From positions 57,467 to 121,466 of the forward strand of contig DHYU01000080.1 in the NCBI GenBank assembly GCA_002415485.1: a stretch of DNA of 64,000 nucleotides, read 5' to 3'. The position numbers were made by a program, and so were the translations under genes. This document shows positions 1-9,771 of the stretch, in pieces. This DNA is from Proteobacteria bacterium UBA5122 (GTDB lineage: Bacteria > Pseudomonadota > Gammaproteobacteria > Tenderiales > Tenderiaceae). The notes beneath the pieces were generated by a model. The model was not told the DNA's origin, ran no database searches, and saw nothing but the letters and a program-made list of their open reading frames with translations. Positions within the stretch are counted from its first letter, which is position 1, and each line of letters begins with the position of its first letter.

Positions 1-1
1 C

Positions 2-100
2 AAGGATATGGCGATTGAGGGCGTGCAGTTTCATCCTGAATCGATCCTGACCCAGCATGGCCACGACATGCTGAAGAATTTTCTCGAACAACATAAATAA
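2..100 (+). CDS. trpG: anthranilate synthase component II (glutamine amidotransferase), C-terminal fragment cut by the window edge
   Basis: Frame 2 reads [32 protein letters not shown] (stop at 98-100). GVQFHPES is the catalytic His/Glu region of TrpG/PabA-type class-I amidotransferases. The gene lies directly upstream of trpD-trpC. Confidence 0.8.
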   Translation, partial: KDMAIEGVQFHPESILTQHGHDMLKNFLEQHK

Positions 101-120
101 CGCACAAAGGGAGCGAAGCG

Positions 121-1161
121 ATGGCGACTCCGATGACGATGCCGGCGGCGATACGCGCGGTAATCGAACGCCGTGATCTCAGCGGCGATGAGATGCACGC
201 GGTGATGAGTTTGATCATGAGTGGCGAAGCGACACCGGCGCAGATCGGTGGTTTTTTGATTGGCCTGCGTATGAAGGGCGAGACGGTGGACGAGATCACC
301 GCCGCGGCGCGTGTGATGCGCGAGTTGGCAACGCCAGTTGCACTCGGTGACACGACTTACCTCGTCGATACCTGTGGTACCGGTGGTGATGGTGCCGAGA
401 CGTTCAATATCTCAACTGCATCGGCATTTGTCGTCGCCGCGGCCGGCGGCAAGGTCGCCAAGCACGGTAATCGTTCGGTATCTTCCAGGTCGGGCAGCGC
501 CGACGTGCTGGAGGCAGCGGGGGTCAGTCTGGACTTGGGGCCAGAGCAGGTCGCGCAGTGTGTGCAGCAGATTGGCGTCGGTTTTATGTTTGCCCCCAAG
601 CATCATGGCGCGATGAAGCATGCCATTGGGCCTCGCCGTGAGATGGGGGTGCGGACTATCTTTAACGTACTGGGGCCACTGACCAATCCTGCAGGTGCCC
701 CGAATCAGGTGCTGGGTGTGTTTAGCGCAGACTTGGTGGAGCCCTTGGCGCAGGTATTGGCGCAACTCGGCAGTCGTCATGTGTTGGTCGTCAATGCGGA
801 TGATGGCATGGATGAGATCAGTATTGGTGCGCCCACCCAGGTGGCGGAATTGAAGGCTGGTAAGGTCTCGCGTTATCAGATTGAACCAGAGCGCTTTGGT
901 ATGCAGCGCGCCGCGTTGTCGAGCCTGGCCGTCGCCAGCGCGGAGGAAAGCCTGGGCGTGATTCGGCGCGTGTTTGCCAATGAGCCTGGCCCGGCGCGGG
1001 ATATCGTGTGCTTGAATGCCGGCGCGGCGATTTATGCCGCAGGTTTGAGCGAGAGCCTGGAGGCTGGTGTGGTTCGCGCATGTGAGGTGATAGCCAGCGG
1101 TGCAGCGGCCAATAAATTAGTCGCCTTGATTGAATTAAGTCAGAAGTTGTCAGCATCATGA
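121..1161 (+). CDS. trpD: anthranilate phosphoribosyltransferase
   Basis: 346-aa ORF with [16 protein letters not shown] and KHGNRS motifs typical of TrpD. It overlaps trpC by 4 nt. Confidence 0.95.
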   Translation: MATPMTMPAAIRAVIERRDLSGDEMHAVMSLIMSGEATPAQIGGFLIGLRMKGETVDEITAAARVMRELATPVALGDTTYLVDTCGTGGDGAETFNISTASAFVVAAAGGKVAKHGNRSVSSRSGSADVLEAAGVSLDLGPEQVAQCVQQIGVGFMFAPKHHGAMKHAIGPRREMGVRTIFNVLGPLTNPAGAPNQVLGVFSADLVEPLAQVLAQLGSRHVLVVNADDGMDEISIGAPTQVAELKAGKVSRYQIEPERFGMQRAALSSLAVASAEESLGVIRRVFANEPGPARDIVCLNAGAAIYAAGLSESLEAGVVRACEVIASGAAANKLVALIELSQKLSAS

Positions 1162-1952
1162 ATACTCCCGATATTTTACAGCGCATCCTGAGTCGAAAAC
1201 TGGAAGAAATAGCAGAACGCAGTGCGAAAGTCAGTATTGATGAATTGAAGGCACGTATCGCTGCACAAAGCGCGCCGCGAGGTTTTGTACAGTCGATCGA
1301 AAACAAGATCGCTGCCGGTGAGGCTGGTGTGATTGCAGAGATCAAGAAGGCCTCGCCCAGTAAGGGCGTGATTCGCGCAGATTTCCAGCCTGCTGAGATT
1401 GCTGAATCTTATGCGGCGGCGGGTGCAGCGTGTCTGTCGGTCTTGACTGATGCCGATTTTTTTCAAGGTCATGAAGATTATCTACAGGCTGCACGTGCAG
1501 CCTGTGAGTTGCCCGTGATTCGCAAGGATTTCATTATCGATCCGTATCAGGTCTATGAAGCGCGTGCGATAGGCGCGGATTGTATCTTGCTAATCGTTGC
1601 AGCCTTGGATGATCAGCAGCTAAAAAACCTGAGTGAACTGGCCGCCGAGCTGGGGATGGATGTCTTGGTGGAAGTGCATGATGCAGAAGAGCTGCAGCGC
1701 GCCCTGCTTTTACCATTGAAGTTGATTGGCATTAACAATCGAAATCTGCGTACATTTGAAACCTCATTGCAAACGACGATAGGACTATTGGATCAAATCC
1801 CTTCTGATCGTATTGTTGTCACCGAAAGTGGCATTCATCATGCTGAAGACGTTGCCTTGATGCGCCAGTATGATGTGCACGCCTTTCTGGTTGGCGAGGC
1901 ATTTATGCGGGCAGAAACCCCGGGCGCTGAATTGCGGGCGCTGTTTTTTTAA
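1158..1952 (+). CDS. trpC: indole-3-glycerol phosphate synthase
   Basis: 264 aa with the [12 protein letters not shown] and [11 protein letters not shown] motifs characteristic of IGPS. Operon context with trpD. Confidence 0.95.
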   Translation: MNTPDILQRILSRKLEEIAERSAKVSIDELKARIAAQSAPRGFVQSIENKIAAGEAGVIAEIKKASPSKGVIRADFQPAEIAESYAAAGAACLSVLTDADFFQGHEDYLQAARAACELPVIRKDFIIDPYQVYEARAIGADCILLIVAALDDQQLKNLSELAAELGMDVLVEVHDAEELQRALLLPLKLIGINNRNLRTFETSLQTTIGLLDQIPSDRIVVTESGIHHAEDVALMRQYDVHAFLVGEAFMRAETPGAELRALFF

Positions 1953-2041
1953 ACAATTGTTTCATCGTTTAAGTTGCACTATTGCTGGTCGATAGCTGGT
2001 ATTTAGGAGTGTGTGCGGCGTGTGCGTGCGCAAAAAAAAGT

Positions 2042-3292
2042 ATGGAGAAAATGATGAAAAAGAATATTTTGTTATCGGCGGCGTTAATGGGGGCTGGTTT
2101 AATATCCACGCAGGCGATGGCTGCACCATTTAACAGCATGGACCCGCGCTCGTTTGCGATGGGGGGGGCCGGGGTGTCGTCAGGCACGAGTGGCAATGCT
2201 GCGTTGATGAATCCTGCCTTGTTGTCAGCCGTGCCAGATGACGATGACTTTAGTATTGAGTTGCCGATTGTGGCGGCTCGTCTGTATGACCCAGGTGATT
2301 TGCAGGACGGCATCGATGATTACAAGAGCAGTAATGTCGAAGGTGAGTTTGATGCGGCATTACGGGCGCTGAAGGATAATGGAGCCTCAGCGGCGAGGTA
2401 CAGTGCGGTTGCGGCTGCGACGAATAACCTTCTGAGCAAGTTGGAAGCAATTGCCAATGATCCTGTGCAGGCAGAGCTGATGGGGGGTATGGTTGTCGGG
2501 GTGCCTAATAAGACATTGGGTGCGTCGGTGGTGGCGTCAGGGCGTGTGGTGCTGGGTGGTATTTTGAATATGACCGCAGCGGATCGTGCGCAGCTGAGCA
2601 GTATTGCCAATCAGGCAAATAATCAAACCTTGGCAACGAATACGGTTGATGTCTTTAATTCTGGTAGCTTGACCTCTACATTGGACGCCCGCGGGGCATA
2701 TATTCAGGAAGTCGGGATTGCCCTGTCGCGTGAGTTCGATGTGGCGGGTGGTCTGGCATTTGGTCTTACTCCCAAGGTGGTGAAGGTCCGCACCTTTGAT
2801 TATTCGCAAGGGGTAAGTAATGCAGATATTGGTGAGAGTGACACTGGGCGTAAAGATTTTGATGAGTTCAATCTTGATGTTGGGGTTGCGAAAGACTTTG
2901 GTGTTGGTTTTCGCGCAGGGTTTGTAATCAAAGACTTGATCGGGAAAGAATACGAGACAGCACTTGGCAATAAGATTAGCCTGGACCCGCAGGCTCGGAT
3001 CGGGGTTTCTCACTCCAATGAATTTGTGACAGTGGCGGTTGATCTGGATCTGACTGAGAATGAGCCGGCCGGATATGAGAGCAAGAGCCAGTATCTGGCC
3101 TTGGGCGCCGAGCTGGACATCTTTGATACGGTACAGCTGCGAGTAGGTTACAAGAGTAATCTGAGCGATGATAAGACCAGCGCGCCGACAGTTGGCTTTG
3201 GCTTTTCACCCTTTGGAGTGCATGTGGATGCCGCTGTTTCAGCGAATGACGATGAGGTCTCGGCGTCGTTGCAGCTTGGGTTCCGGTTTTAA
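2042..3292 (+). CDS. outer-membrane beta-barrel protein, TraF-like (TraF_2-type) family
   Basis: Signal peptide MEKMMKKNILLSAALMGAGLISTQAMA. Has the N-terminal RSFAMGGAGVSSG..NAALMNPALLS motif followed by an acidic DDDDF segment, as I recall for TraF_2 family OMPs. C-terminal ...LQLGFRF ends in Phe. The start was chosen at the internal ATG 2042; the ORF opens at 1982. Confidence 0.6.
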   Translation: MEKMMKKNILLSAALMGAGLISTQAMAAPFNSMDPRSFAMGGAGVSSGTSGNAALMNPALLSAVPDDDDFSIELPIVAARLYDPGDLQDGIDDYKSSNVEGEFDAALRALKDNGASAARYSAVAAATNNLLSKLEAIANDPVQAELMGGMVVGVPNKTLGASVVASGRVVLGGILNMTAADRAQLSSIANQANNQTLATNTVDVFNSGSLTSTLDARGAYIQEVGIALSREFDVAGGLAFGLTPKVVKVRTFDYSQGVSNADIGESDTGRKDFDEFNLDVGVAKDFGVGFRAGFVIKDLIGKEYETALGNKISLDPQARIGVSHSNEFVTVAVDLDLTENEPAGYESKSQYLALGAELDIFDTVQLRVGYKSNLSDDKTSAPTVGFGFSPFGVHVDAAVSANDDEVSASLQLGFRF

Positions 3293-3313
3293 TTTTTCCC
3301 ATCTTAAATGCAT

Positions 3314-3342
3314 AAAAAAGCCCGGCTCTGCCGGGCTTTTTT
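3314..3342. terminator. bidirectional rho-independent terminator between convergent genes
   Basis: aaaaaaGCCCGGCtctGCCGGGCtttttt: a 7-bp GC stem and 3-nt loop, with an A-tract on one side and a T-tract on the other. Confidence 0.7.
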
Positions 3343-3363
3343 ATGGGCGACATTGGCGGTAAC

Positions 3364-4002
3364 TTAGCGAGTGCCGTGTACGACGATGGTTTTGCCTTTG
3401 ACCGAAATTAGGTTTTGATTTTCCAGCGTCTTGAGTACACGGCCAACCATCTCGCGCGAGCAGCCGACGATGCGCCCGAGCTCCTGGCGTGTGATCTTGA
3501 TCTGCATGCCGTCGGGGTGCGTCATGGCATCGGGTTCTTCGGTCAGGTCGAGCAGGGTGCGTGCAATGCGGCCGCTGACATCCATGAAGGCGAGGCGAGT
3601 GACCATGCTGGAAGTGCGGCGCAGGCGCAGGGCCATCTGAGTGGCCAGTTTGAATATGAGGTCTGGGTTTTCTTGCGCCACAATGCGAAAGGTGTCGTAG
3701 CCGATCTCGGCGACCTCGCATTGGGTGCGGGCGCGGATCCAGGCACTCCGCTGCGGAGTGGAGCTAAAAAGCCCCATTTCGCCGAAAAAATCACCTGCAT
3801 TTAGATAGGCAAGCACCATTTCACGGCCGTCATCTTCTTCGGAGACGACGCTGACCGAGCCTTCTGTCACGTAATACAGGGAGTTTGGTGTTTCGCCCGC
3901 ATAGATAATGACGCTGTTTTTTGGGTAGCGGCGACGATGGCAGTGACTCAAAAATGCCTCAATCGCTGGGCTGCGTTCCTGAGATTTAACTGGTAGCGGC
4001 AT
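3364..4002 (-). CDS. crp: cAMP receptor protein (Crp/Vfr family global regulator)
   Basis: 212 aa. The C-terminus [41 protein letters not shown] is nearly identical in pattern to the E. coli Crp helix-turn-helix. A cNMP-binding domain is present ([10 protein letters not shown]). Confidence 0.9.
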   Translation of the reverse strand: MPLPVKSQERSPAIEAFLSHCHRRRYPKNSVIIYAGETPNSLYYVTEGSVSVVSEEDDGREMVLAYLNAGDFFGEMGLFSSTPQRSAWIRARTQCEVAEIGYDTFRIVAQENPDLIFKLATQMALRLRRTSSMVTRLAFMDVSGRIARTLLDLTEEPDAMTHPDGMQIKITRQELGRIVGCSREMVGRVLKTLENQNLISVKGKTIVVHGTR

Positions 4003-4127
4003 AGTCTATCCATTGATTTCTTTTTTCCATAGCTAGGGTATCGACCGCAATCCCTGCTTTTTTGAGTATTCTTTGCGGTATCATTTGTTTGAAACCCTTA
4101 TGGGCTGTTGGAATTGAGGAGTGGGTG

Positions 4128-4559
4128 ATGAAGGCGCGAGTAAAATGGGTCGAGAATGCGATGTTTGTGGCGGAGTCCGGCAGTGGTCATGCGGTTGTAA
4201 TTGACGGCCCGGCGGATGGCGGTGGTCGCAATATGGGTGTGCGGCCAATGGAGATGCTCTTGATGGGGACAGGTGCGTGCAGTGCCTATGATGTGATCCA
4301 TATCCTGCGCAAGGGGCGTCATCCGGTCTCGGACTGCGTGTGTGAGGTGTCGGCGGAGCGTGCAGACGGAGTGCCTGCGGTATTTACCAAGATCCACCTG
4401 CATTTTATTGTCAGTGGTCGTGGACTGAAGGAGGTTACTGTACAGCGGGCAGTGGAGTTGTCGGCAGAAAAATACTGTTCGGCCTCGATCATGCTTGGGA
4501 AATCGGCTGAGATTACGCATGATTTTGTGGTGGTTGATGAGGCGGAGCAGGCAGAATGA
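4128..4559 (+). CDS. OsmC/YhfA-family protein
   Basis: 143 aa from ATG 4128, preceded by GAGGAG. MKARVKW...GACSAYDV...LSAEKYCSASIML has the two conserved Cys regions of the OsmC fold. It is divergent from crp, like E. coli yhfA. Confidence 0.8.
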   Translation: MKARVKWVENAMFVAESGSGHAVVIDGPADGGGRNMGVRPMEMLLMGTGACSAYDVIHILRKGRHPVSDCVCEVSAERADGVPAVFTKIHLHFIVSGRGLKEVTVQRAVELSAEKYCSASIMLGKSAEITHDFVVVDEAEQAE

Positions 4560-4954
4560 TCAAGCCGCAACCGACCTCCGGCATGCGCCACGTGGCGCTA
4601 TTTGTGCCTGATCTGGAGGTGTGCGAGCAGTTTTATGTGGAGTTGTTGGGGATGCAGGTGGAGTGGCGTCCCGACCCCGACAATGTCTATCTGACCTCCG
4701 GTAACGACAACCTGGCCCTGCACCGGGCGCCTGCAGGCTATGATTTGTCGGGCGATCAGCGCCTAGATCATATCGGGTTCATCATTGATGAGATTGATCA
4801 AGTCAGTGTTTGGTTTGACTTTTTGCGTGGCCATGATGTCAAAATGAAGACCGAGCCGCGCACCCATCGCGATGGCGCCCGTAGTTTTTACTGCCTTGAC
4901 CCGGCCGGAAATACGGTGCAGATGATTTATCACCCGCCGATCGTGAAAAAATAG
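4556..4954 (+). CDS. VOC-family (glyoxalase/bleomycin-resistance/dioxygenase fold) protein
   Basis: 132 aa. The GMRHVALFVPDLEVCEQFY..LDHIGF.. pattern is typical of VOC domains. It overlaps the previous gene by 4 nt. Confidence 0.8.
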   Translation: MIKPQPTSGMRHVALFVPDLEVCEQFYVELLGMQVEWRPDPDNVYLTSGNDNLALHRAPAGYDLSGDQRLDHIGFIIDEIDQVSVWFDFLRGHDVKMKTEPRTHRDGARSFYCLDPAGNTVQMIYHPPIVKK

Positions 4955-5045
4955 CTCTACAATTTTCAGCAAATAGGCGATAATCCGCGCTTTTTCCCGT
5001 CCGCTTCCTGGGCGGGGTGGGTGTTGTGAGCTTGGAGGGCATTAG

Positions 5046-5855
5046 ATGGCCGGGCAAATGAGTAAGTTGAAGCTGCATGGGTTTAACAACCTGACCAAAA
5101 CGCTGAGCTTCAATATTTATGATGTTTGCTATGCGGTGACGCCGGAGCAGCGTGAGGCTTATATCGAGTATATCGATGAGGCCTACAATGCGGAGCGTTT
5201 GACGCAGATTTTGACCGATGTAACCAATATCATCGGTGCGAATATTTTGAACATTGCCCACCAGGACTATGATCCTCAGGGCGCCTCGGTGACCATTTTG
5301 GTCTCTGAAGAACCGATTGTGGCGGAAGAACTGTCTAATAGTGAGGCGCCAGGCCCGTTGCCGGAGTCTGTGGTTGGGCACTTGGACAAGAGCCATATCA
5401 CTGTTCATACCTATCCCGAGAGCCATCCCGAAGGCGGCATCAGTACGTTCCGTGCCGACATTGATGTCTCCACCTGTGGTCGTATTTCGCCGCTGAAGGC
5501 CTTGAACTATCTGATCCATAAGTTTGAATCGGATATCGTGGTGATGGATTACCGTGTGCGTGGTTTTACGCGCGACACCAAGGGTAAGAAGCACTTTATC
5601 GACCACAAGATCAGCTCGATTCAGAACTTCATCGCGCACGACACCAAGGAGAAGTTTCAAATGATTGACGTGAACGTCTATCAGGAGAACATCTTCCATA
5701 CCAAGATGATGCTGAAGGAATACGATCTGGCCAACTACCTGTTCGGCGTTAAGCCTGAAGAACTGACTGGCAAAGAGATCAAGGCGATCAATACCCAGCT
5801 GAAGCGTGAGATGGCCGAGATCTTCTACGGTCGGAATCTGCGTCGCGGCCTCTAA
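5046..5855 (+). CDS. speD: S-adenosylmethionine decarboxylase proenzyme (E. coli type)
   Basis: [24 protein letters not shown] matches the N-terminus of enterobacterial SpeD, and [10 protein letters not shown] is the autoprocessing-region pattern. A GGAGGG RBS lies 7 nt upstream. Confidence 0.93.
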   Translation: MAGQMSKLKLHGFNNLTKTLSFNIYDVCYAVTPEQREAYIEYIDEAYNAERLTQILTDVTNIIGANILNIAHQDYDPQGASVTILVSEEPIVAEELSNSEAPGPLPESVVGHLDKSHITVHTYPESHPEGGISTFRADIDVSTCGRISPLKALNYLIHKFESDIVVMDYRVRGFTRDTKGKKHFIDHKISSIQNFIAHDTKEKFQMIDVNVYQENIFHTKMMLKEYDLANYLFGVKPEELTGKEIKAINTQLKREMAEIFYGRNLRRGL

Positions 5856-5884
5856 GTCGTCGTCCTGAGTGTTTGTCACCAAAA

Positions 5885-5905
5885 AGCCCCAGCAGGGGCT
5901 TTTTG
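5885..5905 (+). terminator. rho-independent terminator after speD
   Basis: AGCCCCagcaGGGGCTtttt. Confidence 0.6.
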
Positions 5906-5917
5906 CATTTTAGGGTG

Positions 5918-5941
5918 AAAAAAACCGCCCAAGATGGGCGG
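5918..5941 (-). terminator. rho-independent terminator for the minus-strand gene 5969-6679
   Basis: The minus strand reads CCGCCCAtctTGGGCGG followed by ttttttt. Confidence 0.55.
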
Positions 5942-5968
5942 CAAAAGGGGGAGTTCGTTGAGGTGCCC

Positions 5969-6679
5969 TTAGGGCTGTTTGGCCCGGGGTAATGAACTGC
6001 CGGGGCGAGCGAGGTAGGCGAGCATTTCACCTTCCGCGCTGACATTGACGTACATTTCCCCTTCCCAGGCCAGTGTCTCACTGAGTGTTTGGAAGGCCTG
6101 ATCATGGTTGGTGGCGGAGGCGGTGAGCATGCACATGCTGCTGGCGCATTCGAGCTCGCCAAGGGTGATATCTTGCGTGTTGCCAAGGCGATTTCGAACT
6201 TGGCTGGTGGCCTGCGGGCTCCATTCAGGATCGACGCCTTCAGAATAAAGTGTCTGTTCCAACAAGGTCTGTTGGGCTTGTTGTGTGAGCTGTTGTCGTG
6301 ACTGAATCTCGGCTTCGCTGAGCTGAATAGCGGGTGGCTGCGCTAGGGCTTGTTGGTCCTGCAGATCAAGGCGTAAGGCCGCCAGCTCTGACTGAGTGGC
6401 CACCAGCGCCTGGGCCAGTGCCTGGATTTGGCTATCGCTATCGCCAGCGGGGAGAAGGCGGCTGAGATCGTACGCTGCGGCCTGGCGCTGTTCTTGTTCG
6501 GCGATTAGTTGATCTAAGCGGTTGGCTTTTGCGTTGAGTTCATTTTGTAGGGCGTGCAACTCCTGTGCATTGACGGCTGGCGCAGTCGGTACATTGGGCT
6601 GCGACATGGCGAGGTAAGCGCCGCCGACGAGCGCTAAGGCGCTGATGGTGCTGGCACTGATAAAAGGGATGGTTTTCAT
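5969..6679 (-). CDS. hypothetical exported protein with a Gln/Ala-rich coiled-coil region
   Basis: Signal/anchor MKTIPFISASTISALALVGGAYLAMS. A long Q/A/L-rich heptad-like stretch is followed by a Cys-containing C-terminal domain (ECASSMCM). No family recognised. Confidence 0.55.
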   Translation of the reverse strand: MKTIPFISASTISALALVGGAYLAMSQPNVPTAPAVNAQELHALQNELNAKANRLDQLIAEQEQRQAAAYDLSRLLPAGDSDSQIQALAQALVATQSELAALRLDLQDQQALAQPPAIQLSEAEIQSRQQLTQQAQQTLLEQTLYSEGVDPEWSPQATSQVRNRLGNTQDITLGELECASSMCMLTASATNHDQAFQTLSETLAWEGEMYVNVSAEGEMLAYLARPGSSLPRAKQP

Positions 6680-6699
6680 GATGGCTCCTGTGGCTAGGA

Positions 6700-6724
6700 C
6701 CACCGCCCCTGTGTGGGGCGGTGG
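6700..6724 (-). terminator. GC-rich hairpin downstream of gene 6740-7246
   Basis: CCACCGCCCCtgtgtGGGGCGGTGG: a 10-bp stem with no clear U-tail. Confidence 0.4.
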
Positions 6725-6739
6725 TGTAGTGATGGCCGC

Positions 6740-7246
6740 TTACTGACTGACCTGGTAGGTGACTAGGCCGGACTGGTTGCCGGAGTAGGTGGGGGGGACG
6801 TTACAGCTGAAATAAAGATGCGAAATGCTGTTGTCGCCCGCGAGACCGCCAGTGTTGAGGTGTTGTGTGCTGTTGCCTGAGCCGCTGGAGGTTCTGACGG
6901 GGGTCCCCCAAAAGCTTGCGGAACCATCGCTGTTGCGTGAATAACTGATGAGTTGGCACGAAACATTGGCGGAGTAGTGTCGGTCAACGGCGCGTATCCA
7001 GCTGCCTTCGACGGCTGCATTGTGCAGAAAACCATCGAAGTCGGTGCGTTCGACCGGGCAGTCGACGCGCATCCATTGCGTGGCGGATGGATTGTAGATG
7101 GCGCTGGCGCTTAGTAACGGGGTTACATCGCCATTGGTCCATTTGACGCATTGAGAGGCTGGGCTGTTGGCGGCGCCTGCGTGGGCCTGGGCGCTGATGA
7201 GGGCTGTTGATGTGATGGCCAGTGCGGCCAAGGTTTTGCTGTACAT
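6740..7246 (-). CDS. hypothetical secreted Cys-containing protein
   Basis: 168 aa with signal peptide MYSKTLAALAITSTALISAQAHA, four spaced Cys residues and a Ser/Gly/Asn-rich composition. No family recognised. Confidence 0.55.
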   Translation of the reverse strand: MYSKTLAALAITSTALISAQAHAGAANSPASQCVKWTNGDVTPLLSASAIYNPSATQWMRVDCPVERTDFDGFLHNAAVEGSWIRAVDRHYSANVSCQLISYSRNSDGSASFWGTPVRTSSGSGNSTQHLNTGGLAGDNSISHLYFSCNVPPTYSGNQSGLVTYQVSQ

Positions 7247-7432
7247 GACGTACCTCCTTGTAATGGATATGGACTGTGTCCTGCTGTCGCCGTCCTGGCG
7301 AAATCTGCGGGACGGTGAAAGTATGGTTGCAGTTGGAGGTGTTGAGAATGATACGTGGGTGGAGAAGTGGTATAGCTTGAGGGCAACTAAAGTATCAGTG
7401 CCCGTGAAAAACAGCGGGAGTGTCGAGGGTGG

Positions 7433-8116
7433 CTAGATGCGGTAGGCGAGGCTGGTCATGATCTTGGAGGTGAGTCCCATCATCTTTTTGACAGGCGTCG
7501 GCAGCTCGGCGCCGCCGTGTTGCAGGGCGATGGTCGCGTGGTGGGCCTCATCTTCCTTCATTTGTTCGACGACGGCGCGACTCTTGGCGTCCTGCGCGGG
7601 CAGGCGTTCCAGGTGCTCGTCCAGGTGCTTGATGACCTGGTGTTCGGTCTCGGCGACAAAGCCGAGGCTCCATTTGTCACCCGCGATACCTGCTGCGGCG
7701 CCAATGGCGACGGAGCCGAAATACCACAGCGGATTGAGCAGGCTGCGGTGGCTGTCGAGCGCCTTCAGACGTTGGTCGCACCATTCGAGGTGGTCGTTTT
7801 CTTCCATCGCGGCGCGTTCCATCTTTTCGCGCACATCGGGTAGGCGGGCGGTGAGTGCCTGTCCTGTGTAGAGGCCCTGTGCCGACACTTCCCCTGCATG
7901 ATTGACGCGCATCAGGCCCGCAGCATGTTTTTTCTCGGCCTCGGTCATCTCGGCTTCGGCGATATGCGCGGCCGGGTCCGGGCGCTCAGTCAATTGCGGC
8001 TGGCCGAACAGCGTGCGCAGCGCGTTGTCGAGGTTGGCGATGACCTTGTCGGCAGGCGTGTAGTGGCGCGTTGTCTGTGTGTTCTGTGTGTGCTGTATGC
8101 TCATGGGCTTGAACAA
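7433..8116 (-). CDS. coq7: demethoxyubiquinone hydroxylase (di-iron Coq7 type)
   Basis: RVNHAGEVSAQGLY, ENDHLEWC and AETEHQVIKHL are the carboxylate-bridged di-iron motifs (E..H repeats) of Coq7. Confidence 0.9.
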   Translation of the reverse strand: MFKPMSIQHTQNTQTTRHYTPADKVIANLDNALRTLFGQPQLTERPDPAAHIAEAEMTEAEKKHAAGLMRVNHAGEVSAQGLYTGQALTARLPDVREKMERAAMEENDHLEWCDQRLKALDSHRSLLNPLWYFGSVAIGAAAGIAGDKWSLGFVAETEHQVIKHLDEHLERLPAQDAKSRAVVEQMKEDEAHHATIALQHGGAELPTPVKKMMGLTSKIMTSLAYRI

Positions 8117-8138
8117 TACCGGACGCGTGGTGAATGAA

Positions 8139-9359
8139 TCAAGCCAGTTGTTGCGCCAGCAGGCGCACGGGGTGGATGACCTCGATGCGCTGTTTGTCCT
8201 GGCGCAGGCCAGCGGCGATGTGCAGTGCGCAGCCGATGTTGCTGCTGACGAGTAGGTCGGGCGCGGTCTGTCTGACGGCGGCGACCTTGTCGGCGCGCAG
8301 TGAGTCGGCCATCTCGGGGTGATCGATCATGTAGCTGCCAGCGGCGCCGCAGCAGAATTCATTGCCCGCCAGCGGCGTGACGTTTAATCCGGGGATGCGC
8401 GCCAACAATGCGTAAACCGGTGCGGTTTGTTTGAGCACGTTGCGCAGGCTGCACGGTTCGTGCACGGCGACGGTCTTGTTGAGTGGGCGCAGTGATTGCG
8501 AGGCTGGCCAGTCGATGCGATTCAGAAACTGGCTGATATCTTCCACCGCCAGCGCGCCGCCAGCCTTTTGCGGGTACTCGCTGAGCTGGCTGCCACAGCC
8601 GCTGGCGCAGCTGATGACGGCCTCGATATTGAGGGCGCCGAAGGCTGCGAGATTCTGTTGCGCCAGCTGTTGCGCCTGGCTGTGTTGACCGCTGTGTTCA
8701 TGCAGCGCGCCGCAGCAGGTCTGGGTCGTGGGTACGTGTACGCCGTAGCCGTAGGCATTGAGTACCTGGATGGCGGCATCGAGTGTGGCTTGATCAAACA
8801 TGTCGCCGAAACAGCCGGTGAAGAGCGCGACGTCGCCGCGGGTTTCGCCGCGGGCGGGATAGTAGGCCTGCCAGTCGTGAGGGCGGTCGATGCTCGGTGC
8901 CAGTTGTTCAAACCGCTCGAGCCCCAGTGCGCGCGTGACGCCGAGGCCGCGGCCGATGGCGCGCAGGCCGGTGCGATCGCTCAGCCACAGTTTGTTGGCC
9001 TCGCTGCGCTGGCGTTTTTTGTCGATGGCGATGTCTTGCAGCGGGATGCGTTGTTCTTTGGCGAGCGGATTGGGGCCGAGGGCGCTGCGGGCGTCATCCA
9101 TCAGACTGCCGAAGGCGACGCCCGACGGGCAGACGTTTTCGCAGGCGCGGCAGAGCAGGCAGTTGTCGAGATGCCCGCGCAGGGTGGTGTCGATCTCCAG
9201 ACGGCCGCTGTTCATGGCCTGGATCAGCGAGATGCGGCCGCGGGGTGATTCGGCCTCGCTGCCGGTCTTGCGGTAGGTGGGGCAGTGCGGCAGACAGAGG
9301 CCGCACATCACGCAGCGGTCTGCCTTGCGTTTGATGGAGTGTTTGAGTTCTGGATTCAA
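8139..9359 (-). CDS. (Fe-S)-binding protein, GlcF-like (glycolate oxidase Fe-S subunit family)
   Basis: 406 aa with two 4Fe-4S ferredoxin motifs (CVMCGLCLPHCP, CLLCRACENVCP) and C-terminal CCG-type Cys clusters (FTGCF, EFCCGAAG). Confidence 0.85.
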   Translation of the reverse strand: MNPELKHSIKRKADRCVMCGLCLPHCPTYRKTGSEAESPRGRISLIQAMNSGRLEIDTTLRGHLDNCLLCRACENVCPSGVAFGSLMDDARSALGPNPLAKEQRIPLQDIAIDKKRQRSEANKLWLSDRTGLRAIGRGLGVTRALGLERFEQLAPSIDRPHDWQAYYPARGETRGDVALFTGCFGDMFDQATLDAAIQVLNAYGYGVHVPTTQTCCGALHEHSGQHSQAQQLAQQNLAAFGALNIEAVISCASGCGSQLSEYPQKAGGALAVEDISQFLNRIDWPASQSLRPLNKTVAVHEPCSLRNVLKQTAPVYALLARIPGLNVTPLAGNEFCCGAAGSYMIDHPEMADSLRADKVAAVRQTAPDLLVSSNIGCALHIAAGLRQDKQRIEVIHPVRLLAQQLA

Positions 9360-9460
9360 TGTTTGGTGTTCGCTAGTCGGTTATGGGCGCATATTCACCC
9401 AGGGATTCGTTTATTATACGCGCTTGCATTTTTTGGGCGTGTGGTTTGAGTGAGGGGCTT

Positions 9461-9769
9461 ATGTCTTATTTTGAGAAACATGTGTTTTTCTGTACCAATC
9501 AGCGTGAGGATGGCAAGGCGTGTTGCCAGGATCATGGGGCGCAGGCGCTGCGTGATTATGCCAAGCAACGTGTTAAGGCCTTGGACCTACGCGGCAAGGG
9601 CAAGGTGCGGATCAATAGCGCGGGCTGCCTGGATCGTTGCGGCGAGGGGCCGGTGATCGTCGTCTACCCGGAGGGGGTTTGGTACACCTACGTCGACAAA
9701 GAAGACATCGATGAGATCATCGAAGAGCACGTGGTCCATGGTCGTGTGGTGGAGCGGTTGAAGATTTAG
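9461..9769 (+). CDS. thioredoxin-like [2Fe-2S] ferredoxin
   Basis: MSYFEKHVFFCTNQREDGKACC...AGCLDRCGEGPVIVVYPEGVWY: the Cys spacing and GPV..VYPE motif match thioredoxin-like 2Fe-2S ferredoxins. The start was moved to ATG 9461. Confidence 0.8.
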   Translation: MSYFEKHVFFCTNQREDGKACCQDHGAQALRDYAKQRVKALDLRGKGKVRINSAGCLDRCGEGPVIVVYPEGVWYTYVDKEDIDEIIEEHVVHGRVVERLKI

Positions 9770-9771
9770 TC

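Noticed and set aside
4839-5882. 347-aa ORF antisense to speD.
   Set aside because: speD on the plus strand matches the E. coli-type SAM decarboxylase N-terminus almost residue for residue. The antisense frame has no features of its own.
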